Positions 1 to 8,890 of a stretch of 64,000 bases of DNA are shown piece after piece (position 1 is the stretch's first letter; the number at the start of each line of letters is the position of its first letter). The DNA lies in assembly GCA_934122395.1 (NCBI GenBank), contig CAKOWQ010000003.1, positions 186,299 to 250,298 on the forward strand, in the 5' to 3' direction. The notes under the pieces were generated by a model. That model was not told where the DNA came from. It saw only the letters and a program-made list of their open reading frames with translations, and searched no databases. Made by a program: the position numbers and the translations under genes. The DNA comes from an uncultured Bacilli bacterium. GTDB taxonomy: Bacteria; Bacillota_I; Bacilli_A; RF39; UBA660.

Positions 1-680
1 TATCTGATATACATGATTTGTTAGCACTTAAAATAATGGTAGATGAAGTAGAAAATTGCTATAGAACATTATATTTAATACATAATGAGTATCATCCAAT
101 AAACGATAAATTTAAAGATTATATTTGTAATCCAAAAACAAATATGTATCAAAGCTTACATACAACAGTTTTTGGACCTGATGATAGGTTAGTACAAACA
201 CAAATTAGAACTTTTGATATGGATAAAGTGGCATCCTTTGGTTTGACTGCATACTGGGATGAACAAAAGGGAAAAGCAAGAGATGCAATGCAAGATGATT
301 TAAAACAAAAATTTCAATTTTTCAAATCATTAACAGAAATTAATTCCATGTTCGGAGATAATCAACAATTTGTAAATCAAGTAAAGACTGAATTATTTGC
401 GGACAAAGTTTATGTTTATACCACAAAGGGTGATATAATAGAATTGCCAAAAGGGGCTACACCAATAGATTTTGCATATAAAATACATACTGATATAGGA
501 AATACAATGGTAGGAGTATTTGTAAATGATGAGTTTGTACCAATAGATTATGCATTAAGAAACAAAGATAGAGTTAGAATTGTCACTGATGAATTATCTT
601 ATGGACCAAGAGAAGATTGGATAGATAAAGCTCAAACAAGTTTAGCAAAAAGAAAAATAAGAGAATTTAATAAAAAGTAG
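1..680 (+). CDS. rel: RelA/SpoT-family (p)ppGpp synthetase/hydrolase, 5'-partial at the window edge; ends about 50 aa after the TGS domain, so it is C-terminally truncated relative to a canonical Rel
   Basis: Synthetase-domain motif YQSLHTTV; TGS domain (VYVYTTKGDIIELPKGATPIDFAYKIHTDIGN...VNDEFVPIDYALRNKDRVRIVT); stop at 678-680 within the helical linker; no ACT/zinc-finger region follows. Confidence 0.85.
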   Translation, partial: SDIHDLLALKIMVDEVENCYRTLYLIHNEYHPINDKFKDYICNPKTNMYQSLHTTVFGPDDRLVQTQIRTFDMDKVASFGLTAYWDEQKGKARDAMQDDLKQKFQFFKSLTEINSMFGDNQQFVNQVKTELFADKVYVYTTKGDIIELPKGATPIDFAYKIHTDIGNTMVGVFVNDEFVPIDYALRNKDRVRIVTDELSYGPREDWIDKAQTSLAKRKIREFNKK

Positions 681-690
681 ACTGGAAGTA

Positions 691-1230
691 ATGAATGTGA
701 AAAGAAAATTTTCTAAGATTACAGAAACTAAATTTGTAAAAAAAGATATTATTTATCAAGATACAAAAGGAACGGTTTTTTGCATAAAATTTGATTCTAA
801 TATAACCCCTTCATTTGTTGAAGATGAAATACCTAAAATATGTATAAAAGATAAAGATTATATTTGGTTTGAATTTTATCCGAATGAAAAATCTTATTTA
901 TTAACTATAATGTTTGATGATAAACTAAATATTATTCAATGGTATTTTGATGTTTCCAAATTTGTTGAGTGTAACAATTGCATACCATATCAAGATGATT
1001 TATATCTAGATTTAGTTATTAAACCAACTGGGAAATTTAAAATACTTGATGAAGATGAATTGTATGAAGCATTACAAAAAAAAGAAATTACAATTGATGA
1101 ATTTAATTATGCATATGAAATATTAAATCAACTGATGAAAAAATTTGCTAATAATTATAATTACTTACTAAATTTAACTAACCATATCTTGAAGATGTTT
1201 GAGGAGGAAATAAAGAATGGAAAAATATAA
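691..1230 (+). CDS. DUF402-like (FomD/Ntdp-type nucleoside-diphosphatase fold) protein; assignment tentative
   Basis: 179 aa; C-terminal segment DLYLDLVIKPTGKFKILDEDELYEALQKKEITIDEF recalled as resembling DUF402 proteins; starts 11 nt after the rel stop with no terminator between. Confidence 0.4.
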   Translation: MNVKRKFSKITETKFVKKDIIYQDTKGTVFCIKFDSNITPSFVEDEIPKICIKDKDYIWFEFYPNEKSYLLTIMFDDKLNIIQWYFDVSKFVECNNCIPYQDDLYLDLVIKPTGKFKILDEDELYEALQKKEITIDEFNYAYEILNQLMKKFANNYNYLLNLTNHILKMFEEEIKNGKI

Positions 1231-2092
1231 TGGAAAATATGTAACTATAATGTTATGTTCACAATGTAATAATAATTGTAAACATTGCTATATAAGTTAT
1301 TCAGGAAGATTTGCTGATGAAGAATTATCAAGAATAATTCCAAATTTAAATGAAAAATATACAATTTTATTAAATGGTACAGAACCGATTATGTATCCTG
1401 AATATTATAAATATTTTAAAATGGTAAACGAACATAGAATAATAACAAACGGAATAACAATTCTTGAAAATCCAAATGTTTTGGATCAATTATCGGAAAA
1501 TGGAATTAATGAAGTTTGGCTTTCATACCATTTTGGTATTCAAAACGAAATATCAAGAATTAATGAAAATCAGTTAAATAATGTTATTCAGATTCTTAAA
1601 AAGAACAATTTTTTAGTAAAATTGATGTGTTCTTTATCAAAACATAATTATCAAAATGTTTCTAAATTCTGTGAAAGAGCATTAGAAATTGGAGCTGACA
1701 AAATAAAATTTACTAATTTTATTAGTCAAGGAAGTGCAAAAAGCAACTTTGATAACTCAGAATTTTTAAATCAAGAACAAATAAATTTTGTTTTGGAAGA
1801 AATAGAAAAAATGAGATCAATTATACCAAAGGAAGATTTGAATATACAAAGATGTGGAACATTTGGACCAAATATTCATAAAAACAATTTTCGATGTTTG
1901 GCTGGACAAGATATGATAGTTCTTACTCCAGATAGAAAACTATACAATTGTGTATTTAACATATCAAGTGATGATTGCATTGGATATATGGATAATGACT
2001 ATAATTTAATTATAAATTCAGAAGTTGCACCAATAAATCAATCATATTGTAAGGTACTAAAAAAACACAACGGAGTTGGAGGAATAAATTGA
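1217..2092 (+). CDS. Radical SAM enzyme with C-terminal SPASM/twitch-like Cys domain
   Basis: CxxxCxxC motif (CNNNCKHC) near the N-terminus; C-terminal CGTFGPN...FRCLAGQDMIVLTPDRKLYNCVF...DDCIGY resembles a SPASM/twitch auxiliary-cluster domain; overlaps neighbours on both sides (operonic). Confidence 0.75.
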   Translation: MEKYNGKYVTIMLCSQCNNNCKHCYISYSGRFADEELSRIIPNLNEKYTILLNGTEPIMYPEYYKYFKMVNEHRIITNGITILENPNVLDQLSENGINEVWLSYHFGIQNEISRINENQLNNVIQILKKNNFLVKLMCSLSKHNYQNVSKFCERALEIGADKIKFTNFISQGSAKSNFDNSEFLNQEQINFVLEEIEKMRSIIPKEDLNIQRCGTFGPNIHKNNFRCLAGQDMIVLTPDRKLYNCVFNISSDDCIGYMDNDYNLIINSEVAPINQSYCKVLKKHNGVGGIN

Positions 2093-3126
2093 AAATTTGT
2101 GGAAGAATTATAAATGTAAAACTAAAAACAAATGTATTGTTTTTATTGATTGAAAACAATAAAATCACACAAATAGTCATAAAAAATAATATTGAATATT
2201 TCTTAAATAATTTGAATGCTGGTGATATAGTTGAATGTCTCGTCACTAAAGATAGAAATAACAACGGAAAATATAAGCCAAAATATGATTCTTTTTTACT
2301 TAGAAGTCTAAAGATAATTAGTAAAAATAAAAAAAATTACAAATTAACATTAAATAAAACAAATATTATAAAATATAGTGATGTTAAATATGAAATAAGA
2401 AAATATTTACACAAATTAGGATATTTAGAAGTTACGTTGCCTATTTTAACTAATGGAGAAGTATCTTCAAAGTCAGAATCATTTTGTACTTTATATTCTA
2501 AGAAAAATATTAAATTATATTTGCGAAAAACTATGGACATATTTTTAAGAATGTATTCTTGTAGTGATTTTAATAAAATTTATTGTATAGGAAATTGCTA
2601 TAGAAATGAATATCTTACAAGTAAATATAAGCCAGAATTCGAAATGCTTTCCATCTTTAGCAATTATCTAAGTAAAAATAATGCAATAAAATTAGCTATA
2701 AAAATAATAAAAATTATAACTTCCAAGGATATTGAATGCAGTTTTATAGATGAAAAATCATATAATGAAATCACCCCGAGTGATAATACTTTTTATGTGA
2801 TAAATAATTATGCCAATTCTACAAATAGTTACTGTGATGTGCTTGAAAATGACAAAACAGATGAATTTAAAGTTAAATACAAAGGTGTTACCATTGTTCA
2901 TGGTGTAAGTGAAATATGCAATTATGATGAATATGTAAAAAAAATAGAGCTTCAAGGGAAAAAAGATGATTATGGTGAATTGCAAATTATTGAGAATTTA
3001 ATTGATTCTGGTGCTCCACAATGTTATAATCTGGGTATTAGTATAGTCAGACTTTTAAGTTTATATAATAATCTAAAAATTAAAGATTATGATATATTTT
3101 CATTTGATAGATTAGGAGAAATTTAA
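2089..3126 (+). CDS. Miniature class IIb aminoacyl-tRNA-synthetase paralog (LysRS/AsnRS-like; OB-fold N-domain plus truncated catalytic core); probable amino-acid ligase
   Basis: TTG start with GGAGG RBS. N-terminal OB-fold-like KICGRIINVKLKTNVLFLLIENNKITQIVIK. Class II motif 1-like LHKLGYLEVTLPIL, motif 2 YRNE...PEFEML (LysRS-like FRNE/PEF) and motif 3-like NLGISIVRLL. Only 345 aa, against about 450-500 for a true aaRS. Confidence 0.7.
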   Translation: MKICGRIINVKLKTNVLFLLIENNKITQIVIKNNIEYFLNNLNAGDIVECLVTKDRNNNGKYKPKYDSFLLRSLKIISKNKKNYKLTLNKTNIIKYSDVKYEIRKYLHKLGYLEVTLPILTNGEVSSKSESFCTLYSKKNIKLYLRKTMDIFLRMYSCSDFNKIYCIGNCYRNEYLTSKYKPEFEMLSIFSNYLSKNNAIKLAIKIIKIITSKDIECSFIDEKSYNEITPSDNTFYVINNYANSTNSYCDVLENDKTDEFKVKYKGVTIVHGVSEICNYDEYVKKIELQGKKDDYGELQIIENLIDSGAPQCYNLGISIVRLLSLYNNLKIKDYDIFSFDRLGEI

Positions 3127-4203
3127 ATGAAAGAAGAAATTGATTTAAAAAAACTAACAAAAGAATATTTAAAATCTTATTATTCTATTAATTCTTATAT
3201 AGGATGTACAATAAATTGTGGATACTGTTTTTTAGCACCAATTAAAATAGTTCCAATGCGTCCAATAAAAGTCATAGATGAAAAAGAATTGATACGTAAT
3301 ATGATTAATGACAATTATTTTGAAAAAGGTAAAACTGTTATATCTTTGAATAATAGAACAGACCCATTTATATCACAAGAAGTTAAAAATAGTACTTTTA
3401 AATTATTAGATATTATGGAAGAATTGAATCTTAAAAATATTGTTACAATAACATCAAAAGGTCTATTAACTGAAGAAGATGCAAAAAAATTAGATAGTTA
3501 TAATAATATTAAAATCGTTATTATTGTAACTTATAATGGAATCCCTTTAAAAATACAACCTATTAATAAAATAAATCAAGAAAATACTATGAAAAATGTT
3601 TCAAAATGTAAAAATGTTTATTTGTTGCATCAATTTAGGCCTATTATTCCTGGGGTAAATGATGATGAAAAAACAATTAGAGAAGTAGTTGATTTTGCTA
3701 AAAAGTATTGTGATGCAACGATTTTCCAAGGAATTAGAGTTAACGATTATATAAAAAATAGACTTGAAGAAAGAGAATACTTGTATAGTGGTACAGTTGG
3801 TGATTCACATAAACAAAAAAGTGCGAGTACGGACGCGATATTTGAACAACTAAGACTTGAAGATAAAAATTATCAAATTTTCGATCATACATCCTGTGCT
3901 TTAAGTTATATTTTTAAAACGGCAGATTATAACTTACATTATTCTAAAAATAATTGCTCTAAATTGTGTAAAAATTATGAATTATGTCATAACTTAAATT
4001 ATAAATTACCTGTAGACTTAGAAGGTAAACTAAGAAAAATTGGTGTTAATTCCAATTGGGAGCTAAGGGATAAAACTTTAATAATTGATGGTTCATTAAA
4101 TGATGAACAAAAATCTTATATTAAACATATATTGAATCTTAATGTGAAAGCTAAAATTAGGGAAAATACATATTCAGAAAAAATAATGGAGGGAAAAAAG
4201 TGA
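3127..4203 (+). CDS. Radical SAM enzyme, SPL/COG1533-like
   Basis: IGCTINCGYCF = CxxxCxYC cluster motif typical of the spore-photoproduct-lyase-like radical SAM group; GGAGAA RBS. Confidence 0.65.
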   Translation: MKEEIDLKKLTKEYLKSYYSINSYIGCTINCGYCFLAPIKIVPMRPIKVIDEKELIRNMINDNYFEKGKTVISLNNRTDPFISQEVKNSTFKLLDIMEELNLKNIVTITSKGLLTEEDAKKLDSYNNIKIVIIVTYNGIPLKIQPINKINQENTMKNVSKCKNVYLLHQFRPIIPGVNDDEKTIREVVDFAKKYCDATIFQGIRVNDYIKNRLEEREYLYSGTVGDSHKQKSASTDAIFEQLRLEDKNYQIFDHTSCALSYIFKTADYNLHYSKNNCSKLCKNYELCHNLNYKLPVDLEGKLRKIGVNSNWELRDKTLIIDGSLNDEQKSYIKHILNLNVKAKIRENTYSEKIMEGKK

Positions 4204-5474
4204 ATATAAAAATATTTTTTGATTTTCACGATGTATTTGTTGATGCAAAAAGCGCGTGGATTAAAGCATTAAAAGAAAAAACTAAATCAAATAAGGCAGA
4301 AATTGACTACAATAGAGGGTTATCAAAAAAAATAATATGCGAAAAATATAAATTAAATTATGAACAACTAGAAAAACTTTACAGAGTATATTTAAATCCA
4401 ATTAATGATAATATTGATTTTGCTGAAAAATTGAGTCAATCATATAAAATAAATATTTTATCTATGTCTAGAAAAGACAGATTACTTAAAGATATGCAAA
4501 AATTCAAACTTATTAATTTGTTTGATACGATAATCTCTAAAGAAGATATAATAGAATATAAAACAAAAGATGAATATTTAGTTTCTATTTCTTCTGATTA
4601 TGATTGGATTATATATTTTAATCATGAAAGTAATACTATTATTCAGAAAGATAATATTATTTATTTACCAGTAAATTTAAAAGGAGATTTATCTAAATTT
4701 AAAAATATTAGTTTTACTGAACATGCTAAAAACAAATTGCTATATAATGACTTATCTAAATATTATATGTATGCGATTGCTAATGATACTTCTTTGGAAA
4801 CAAACTTTTTATCAGAAATATATAAAAGATATAATTTGCCAACCGATGGAAAAATCCTTGATTGCTGTTGTGGTGTAGGACGACATGACTATTTACTTGC
4901 AAATGCTGGCTATCAGGTCACTGGAATCGATATTTCTAAAGAACAAATAACTAATGCAAAAAGAATTCATAATCATAAGAACATTGATTATCATGTTATG
5001 GATGTAAGGCATATTGATTTATTAGAAAAAAATTATGATATGTCAATTTGTATGTGGACAACTTACAATTATCTTTCCCAGGATAGTGATTTTGTAAGCT
5101 TTATCAAGTCAAATTATCAGCACCAACATAAAGGATCATTGATAGTATTAGATTCAAAAAACATTCCTAGATTAAATAATAGACGAGTTTATAAAAGAAA
5201 TAGTTCAACTGATAACGGAATAGAAATAGAACTAATTGTAAACAAATATATTATTAACAACATACAAAATTCACAATACCTATACTTTATAAAAGATAAA
5301 GACGATAAGAAATTTTATTTTGATGATGAATTCGTAAGATTTTATACTCTTGATGAAATTACAAAATTGGTAAATGAGTATTACGAAGTGGTAGATGTAT
5401 TTGGAGATTTTGATTTTAGTTCCTATGATAAAAAAATGAGTAATAGATTTATTGTGGTATTAAGGAGAAAGTAA
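4200..5474 (+). CDS. Two-domain protein: N-terminal HAD-like hydrolase fold (non-canonical motif I) fused to a class I SAM-dependent methyltransferase
   Basis: GTG start with GGAGGG RBS; HAD motif-III-like NLFDTIISKEDIIEYKTKDEY; MTase motif I ILDCCCGVGRHDYLLANAGYQVTGIDIS. Confidence 0.7.
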   Translation: MNIKIFFDFHDVFVDAKSAWIKALKEKTKSNKAEIDYNRGLSKKIICEKYKLNYEQLEKLYRVYLNPINDNIDFAEKLSQSYKINILSMSRKDRLLKDMQKFKLINLFDTIISKEDIIEYKTKDEYLVSISSDYDWIIYFNHESNTIIQKDNIIYLPVNLKGDLSKFKNISFTEHAKNKLLYNDLSKYYMYAIANDTSLETNFLSEIYKRYNLPTDGKILDCCCGVGRHDYLLANAGYQVTGIDISKEQITNAKRIHNHKNIDYHVMDVRHIDLLEKNYDMSICMWTTYNYLSQDSDFVSFIKSNYQHQHKGSLIVLDSKNIPRLNNRRVYKRNSSTDNGIEIELIVNKYIINNIQNSQYLYFIKDKDDKKFYFDDEFVRFYTLDEITKLVNEYYEVVDVFGDFDFSSYDKKMSNRFIVVLRRK

Positions 5475-5983
5475 TGAATAATGAATTAAAAAAATTAAAT
5501 TCATTATTTGATGGTAGTGATGAATCTGCTATGAATATTGCATATGACATTGCACATAAATATTCTTCTTGCAGATTATGTGGAGTTGGTAAAGGTGTTG
5601 GTGCAGTTATAATTAAAGATAATAAAATAATTTGTTATGGATATAATGGTATAATTGATAATATTAAACCATGCACTAAAGATAGTTGTCTAAGAATATC
5701 TAGAAATATTGAACATGGCACAAGAAGAGATGAATGTTATGGAGATTGTGCAGAAAAACGTGCATTCATTAATGCTTACCAAAATAATATAGACATAAAA
5801 AACTCAAAAATATATATTACAAAATCTCCTTGTGTATCATGCTGTAAATTACTAATTAATTTAGGAATAAAAGAAGTCATATATAATGAAATATATAGTA
5901 ATTCAGATTTTTCTTTTGAACTTTTAAATTTAGCTAGAATTAAATATAAAAAATTAGAAAATTTTTATAGAGATGATCATTAA
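5474..5983 (+). CDS. Cytidine/deoxycytidylate deaminase-fold (CDA) zinc enzyme
   Basis: CAEKRA (CAE zinc/catalytic motif) and SPCVSCCKLLINLGIKEVIY (PCxxC zinc motif); GGAGAA RBS; last gene of the 691-5983 operon. Confidence 0.8.
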   Translation: MNNELKKLNSLFDGSDESAMNIAYDIAHKYSSCRLCGVGKGVGAVIIKDNKIICYGYNGIIDNIKPCTKDSCLRISRNIEHGTRRDECYGDCAEKRAFINAYQNNIDIKNSKIYITKSPCVSCCKLLINLGIKEVIYNEIYSNSDFSFELLNLARIKYKKLENFYRDDH

Positions 5984-6059
5984 AATTTTAAATATATAAT
6001 TTTTTTTAAAAATAGTTGAAATTTTAAAAAAGAAATTGTAAAATAATAAATATGTTAAA

Positions 6060-6262
6060 TGTATTGATTGGGACACGGCTAATAACAATTATTTACAAAG
6101 CGAATTGTGGAAGGTGAAAGGCAATTAAATAACTTATTAGTTACTACCCATAAACAGGACTCGAAAGATGTTCCCGGTAATAGCCGTTATTAGTAATTAA
6201 GTTAAACCAAGGATGGTACCGTGTAATTCACTCCTGTTAGAATTTCTAGCAGGAGTTTTTAT
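6060..6262 (+). promoter_or_regulatory. T-box riboswitch leader (Thr specifier) controlling thrS
   Basis: T-box sequence AACCAAGGATGGTACCGTG at about 6205-6225; ACU-ACC threonine codons at about 6145-6150 (candidate specifier); terminator hairpin CACTCCTG...CAGGAGT plus U tract at 6229-6262; upstream promoter-like TTGAAA-17-TAAAAT around 6013-6043. Confidence 0.85.
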
Positions 6263-6279
6263 TTTTAGGGGGAAAATAA

Positions 6280-6465
6280 ATGAACGAAACAAAGAAAGAG
6301 TTAAAAAGACAATTATTTGAATTAAGATTAGCTCAAGCATTTTATATATCAGAACATAAAGAAGATAGTGAAGAAATAGTAAAAGATATTAAGGTATTGA
6401 AAAAGAAATATGCAAGAGTATTGCTTAATGAAAAAATGGGAGGAAAAGAAAATGATAAACATTAA
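6280..6465 (+). CDS. Small 61-aa ORF between the T-box terminator and thrS, overlapping the thrS start by 14 nt
   Basis: Strong RBS AGGGGG 8 nt upstream of ATG 6280; charged, helical, non-repetitive peptide; could be a translated leader peptide or a small protein. Confidence 0.35.
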   Translation: MNETKKELKRQLFELRLAQAFYISEHKEDSEEIVKDIKVLKKKYARVLLNEKMGGKENDKH

Positions 6466-8197
6466 AGAAGATGAAAAATTAAGTGTTATGAATCACTCAT
6501 GTGCTCATTTACTAGCACAAGCAGTAAAACATTTATATCCAAAAGCATTATTTTGGGTAGGACCTGTTATAGAAGATGGATTCTATTATGATATAGATTT
6601 AGGTGATGAATCTATTAATGATGAAGATTTAGCAAGAATTGAAAAAGAAATGAAGAAAATTGCTAAAGATGGAAAGAGAATTGTAAGAGAAGAAATAAGT
6701 AAAGAAGAAGCTTTAGAAAGATTTAAAAATGATCCATATAAAATAGATTTAATTTCTAGGATGGATGAAAATGATACAGTTATTTCTTGCTATACTCAGG
6801 GAGATTTTACTGACCTTTGTAGAGGACCACATCTTGAAAGTGTTAAAGAATTAAAGTATTTTAAATTACTCAAAGTAAGTGGTGCTTATTGGAAAGGTGA
6901 TTCTAATAACAAAATGCTTCAAAGAATTTATGGCATTTGTTTTGATAATGAAAATTCTTTAAGTGAATATTTGGCTTTTTTAGAAGAAGCTAAGAAAAGG
7001 GATCATAAAAAACTAGGTAAGGAATTAGATTTATTTATGATGAGTGAATATGGTCCAGGATTTCCTTTCTTCTTAAATAATGGAATGATTTTAAGAAATC
7101 AATTAGAAAATTTTTGGTATGAAGAACATACTAAAGAAGGGTATGAATTTGTTAAAACTCCAATTATGTTAAATAAAGAACTTTGGGAATTATCTGGACA
7201 CTGGTTTAATTATAGAGAAAATATGTATACAAGTGAAATTGATGATAAAGTATTTGCAATTAAACCTATGAACTGTCCTGGTGGAATGCTTGTATATAAA
7301 AATTCTCTTCATTCTTATAAAGATTTACCATTAAGAATCGGAGAATTAGGTCAAGTACATAGACATGAAGCAAGCGGAGCATTAAACGGTCTATTTAGAG
7401 TTAGAACATTTACGCAAGATGATGCTCATATATTTATGAGAGAAGATCAAATAGAAGAAGAAGTTATAAGATTAATTAACTTTATAGATAGAATGTATTC
7501 TATATTTGGATTAACTTATGATATTGAATTATCGACTAGACCAGAAGAAAAATATATTGGAAGTATTGAAATTTGGAATAAATCTGAAAAAGCTTTAGAA
7601 GAAGCATGTCATAGAGCAGGACATGATTGTAAAATAAATCCTGGTGATGGTGCTTTCTATGGACCTAAATTAGACTTTCATATTAAAGATTCTTTGGGTA
7701 GAGTATGGCAATGTGGAACAATTCAACTTGATATGAATTTACCAGAAAGATTTGATTTAACATATATTAGTTCTGATGGAAGTAAGAAAAGACCAGTTAT
7801 GTTACATCGCGTAATATATGGCTCAATTGAAAGATTTATTGGTATTTTAATTGAACATTATGCTGGAGCATTTCCACTTTGGCTTAGTCCAGTACAAGTA
7901 AATATTATTCCAGTTAATAATGAACTACATATGAATTATTGTAATGAAATTAAGAATTTACTTGAAGAAAATAATATTAGGGTTAAAGTTGATGCTAGAG
8001 ATGAAAAATTAGGATATAAAATGCGTGAAAGTCAAATCAAAAAAATACCTATAACTTTAATTATTGGAGATAATGAAGTTAATAAAAAACAAATTAGTTA
8101 TCGTAAATATGGAAATCAAGAAACTTATACTTGTGAAATTGATGAATTTATTAGTGAAATTAGTAAATGCTTAAAAGATAAAAAATATAATATTTAA
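6452..8197 (+). CDS. thrS: Threonyl-tRNA synthetase (lacks the N-terminal TGS domain)
   Basis: MINIK start with GGGAGG RBS; HSCAHLLAQAVK editing-domain motif at residue about 15; class II core and anticodon-binding domain; preceded by T-box. Confidence 0.9.
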   Translation: MINIKEDEKLSVMNHSCAHLLAQAVKHLYPKALFWVGPVIEDGFYYDIDLGDESINDEDLARIEKEMKKIAKDGKRIVREEISKEEALERFKNDPYKIDLISRMDENDTVISCYTQGDFTDLCRGPHLESVKELKYFKLLKVSGAYWKGDSNNKMLQRIYGICFDNENSLSEYLAFLEEAKKRDHKKLGKELDLFMMSEYGPGFPFFLNNGMILRNQLENFWYEEHTKEGYEFVKTPIMLNKELWELSGHWFNYRENMYTSEIDDKVFAIKPMNCPGGMLVYKNSLHSYKDLPLRIGELGQVHRHEASGALNGLFRVRTFTQDDAHIFMREDQIEEEVIRLINFIDRMYSIFGLTYDIELSTRPEEKYIGSIEIWNKSEKALEEACHRAGHDCKINPGDGAFYGPKLDFHIKDSLGRVWQCGTIQLDMNLPERFDLTYISSDGSKKRPVMLHRVIYGSIERFIGILIEHYAGAFPLWLSPVQVNIIPVNNELHMNYCNEIKNLLEENNIRVKVDARDEKLGYKMRESQIKKIPITLIIGDNEVNKKQISYRKYGNQETYTCEIDEFISEISKCLKDKKYNI

Positions 8198-8227
8198 AAT
8201 TAGAAATGTAAGATGTTATTGGTTATA

Positions 8228-8250
8228 AAGACGAGATTTCGTCTTTTTTT
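8228..8250 (+). terminator. Rho-independent terminator after thrS
   Basis: AAGACGAGATTTCGTCTTTTTTT hairpin plus T tract. Confidence 0.7.
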
Positions 8251-8293
8251 AGTTTGTGGTATAATTTTGTTAGAAATATAGGTGTGATTAAAT

Positions 8294-8890
8294 ATGAAAA
8301 AAGATATTAAACATTATAAACAATCTGGAAACGCTTGTGCTATAGCATGTTTGTTAATGATTTTGGAGTATTATGATGTGATTACAAAAGCTAATTATGT
8401 TTATGAGAAAAAGTACTATAATTCATATTCTTCTCAATATTTATTAGGAGTTCCGTTATCAGCAGTATTTTGGCATTTAATAAAGAATAATATAAATGCT
8501 GAAATGTTTCATTCAGAAAAAAACTTGTTTTCTAATAATAAACAAATAATTGACAATAATATTTTTAATCTTGCAATTATTGAATATAAAGAGTATCTGG
8601 AATATGCAATTCTAAAAGGCGCCAAAGTATACAATGGTGTAAATATAAATATCGATTTAATACAAGAAAAGGTCAAAGACAATTTCATTATTCTTGCTGG
8701 GGTAATCAATCAGAATTTTCATACTATTTTAATTACTTCTTTTAAAAATGATTACTTTATAGTTAATAATCCTGCAGTTAATGTATCTACAAATATAGAA
8801 GGTGAAAAAGTTAATGAGTTTATGAATACTGATATTGGAAAATGGTTTATCGCAATACCAAAAGGAGAAGTCTATGAAAAAGAAATATGA
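8294..8890 (+). CDS. Peptidase C39-like (papain-fold) domain protein
   Basis: KQSGNACAIACLLMILEYY matches the C39 catalytic Cys region (Q...C-G/A-x-A-C-L-x-M-I). Confidence 0.5.
   Translation: MKKDIKHYKQSGNACAIACLLMILEYYDVITKANYVYEKKYYNSYSSQYLLGVPLSAVFWHLIKNNINAEMFHSEKNLFSNNKQIIDNNIFNLAIIEYKEYLEYAILKGAKVYNGVNINIDLIQEKVKDNFIILAGVINQNFHTILITSFKNDYFIVNNPAVNVSTNIEGEKVNEFMNTDIGKWFIAIPKGEVYEKEI

Noticed and set aside
2010-2985. Antisense ORFs 2010-2264(-), 2337-2540(-) and 2758-2985(-) inside the radical SAM and aaRS-like genes
   Set aside because: Ile/Phe/Leu-rich translations typical of reverse-strand reading of AT-rich coding DNA. No RBS; fully overlapped by strong + strand genes.
8509-8709. 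Antisense 66-aa ORF within the C39-like gene
   Set aside because: Low-complexity hydrophobic translation; overlapped; no expression signals.
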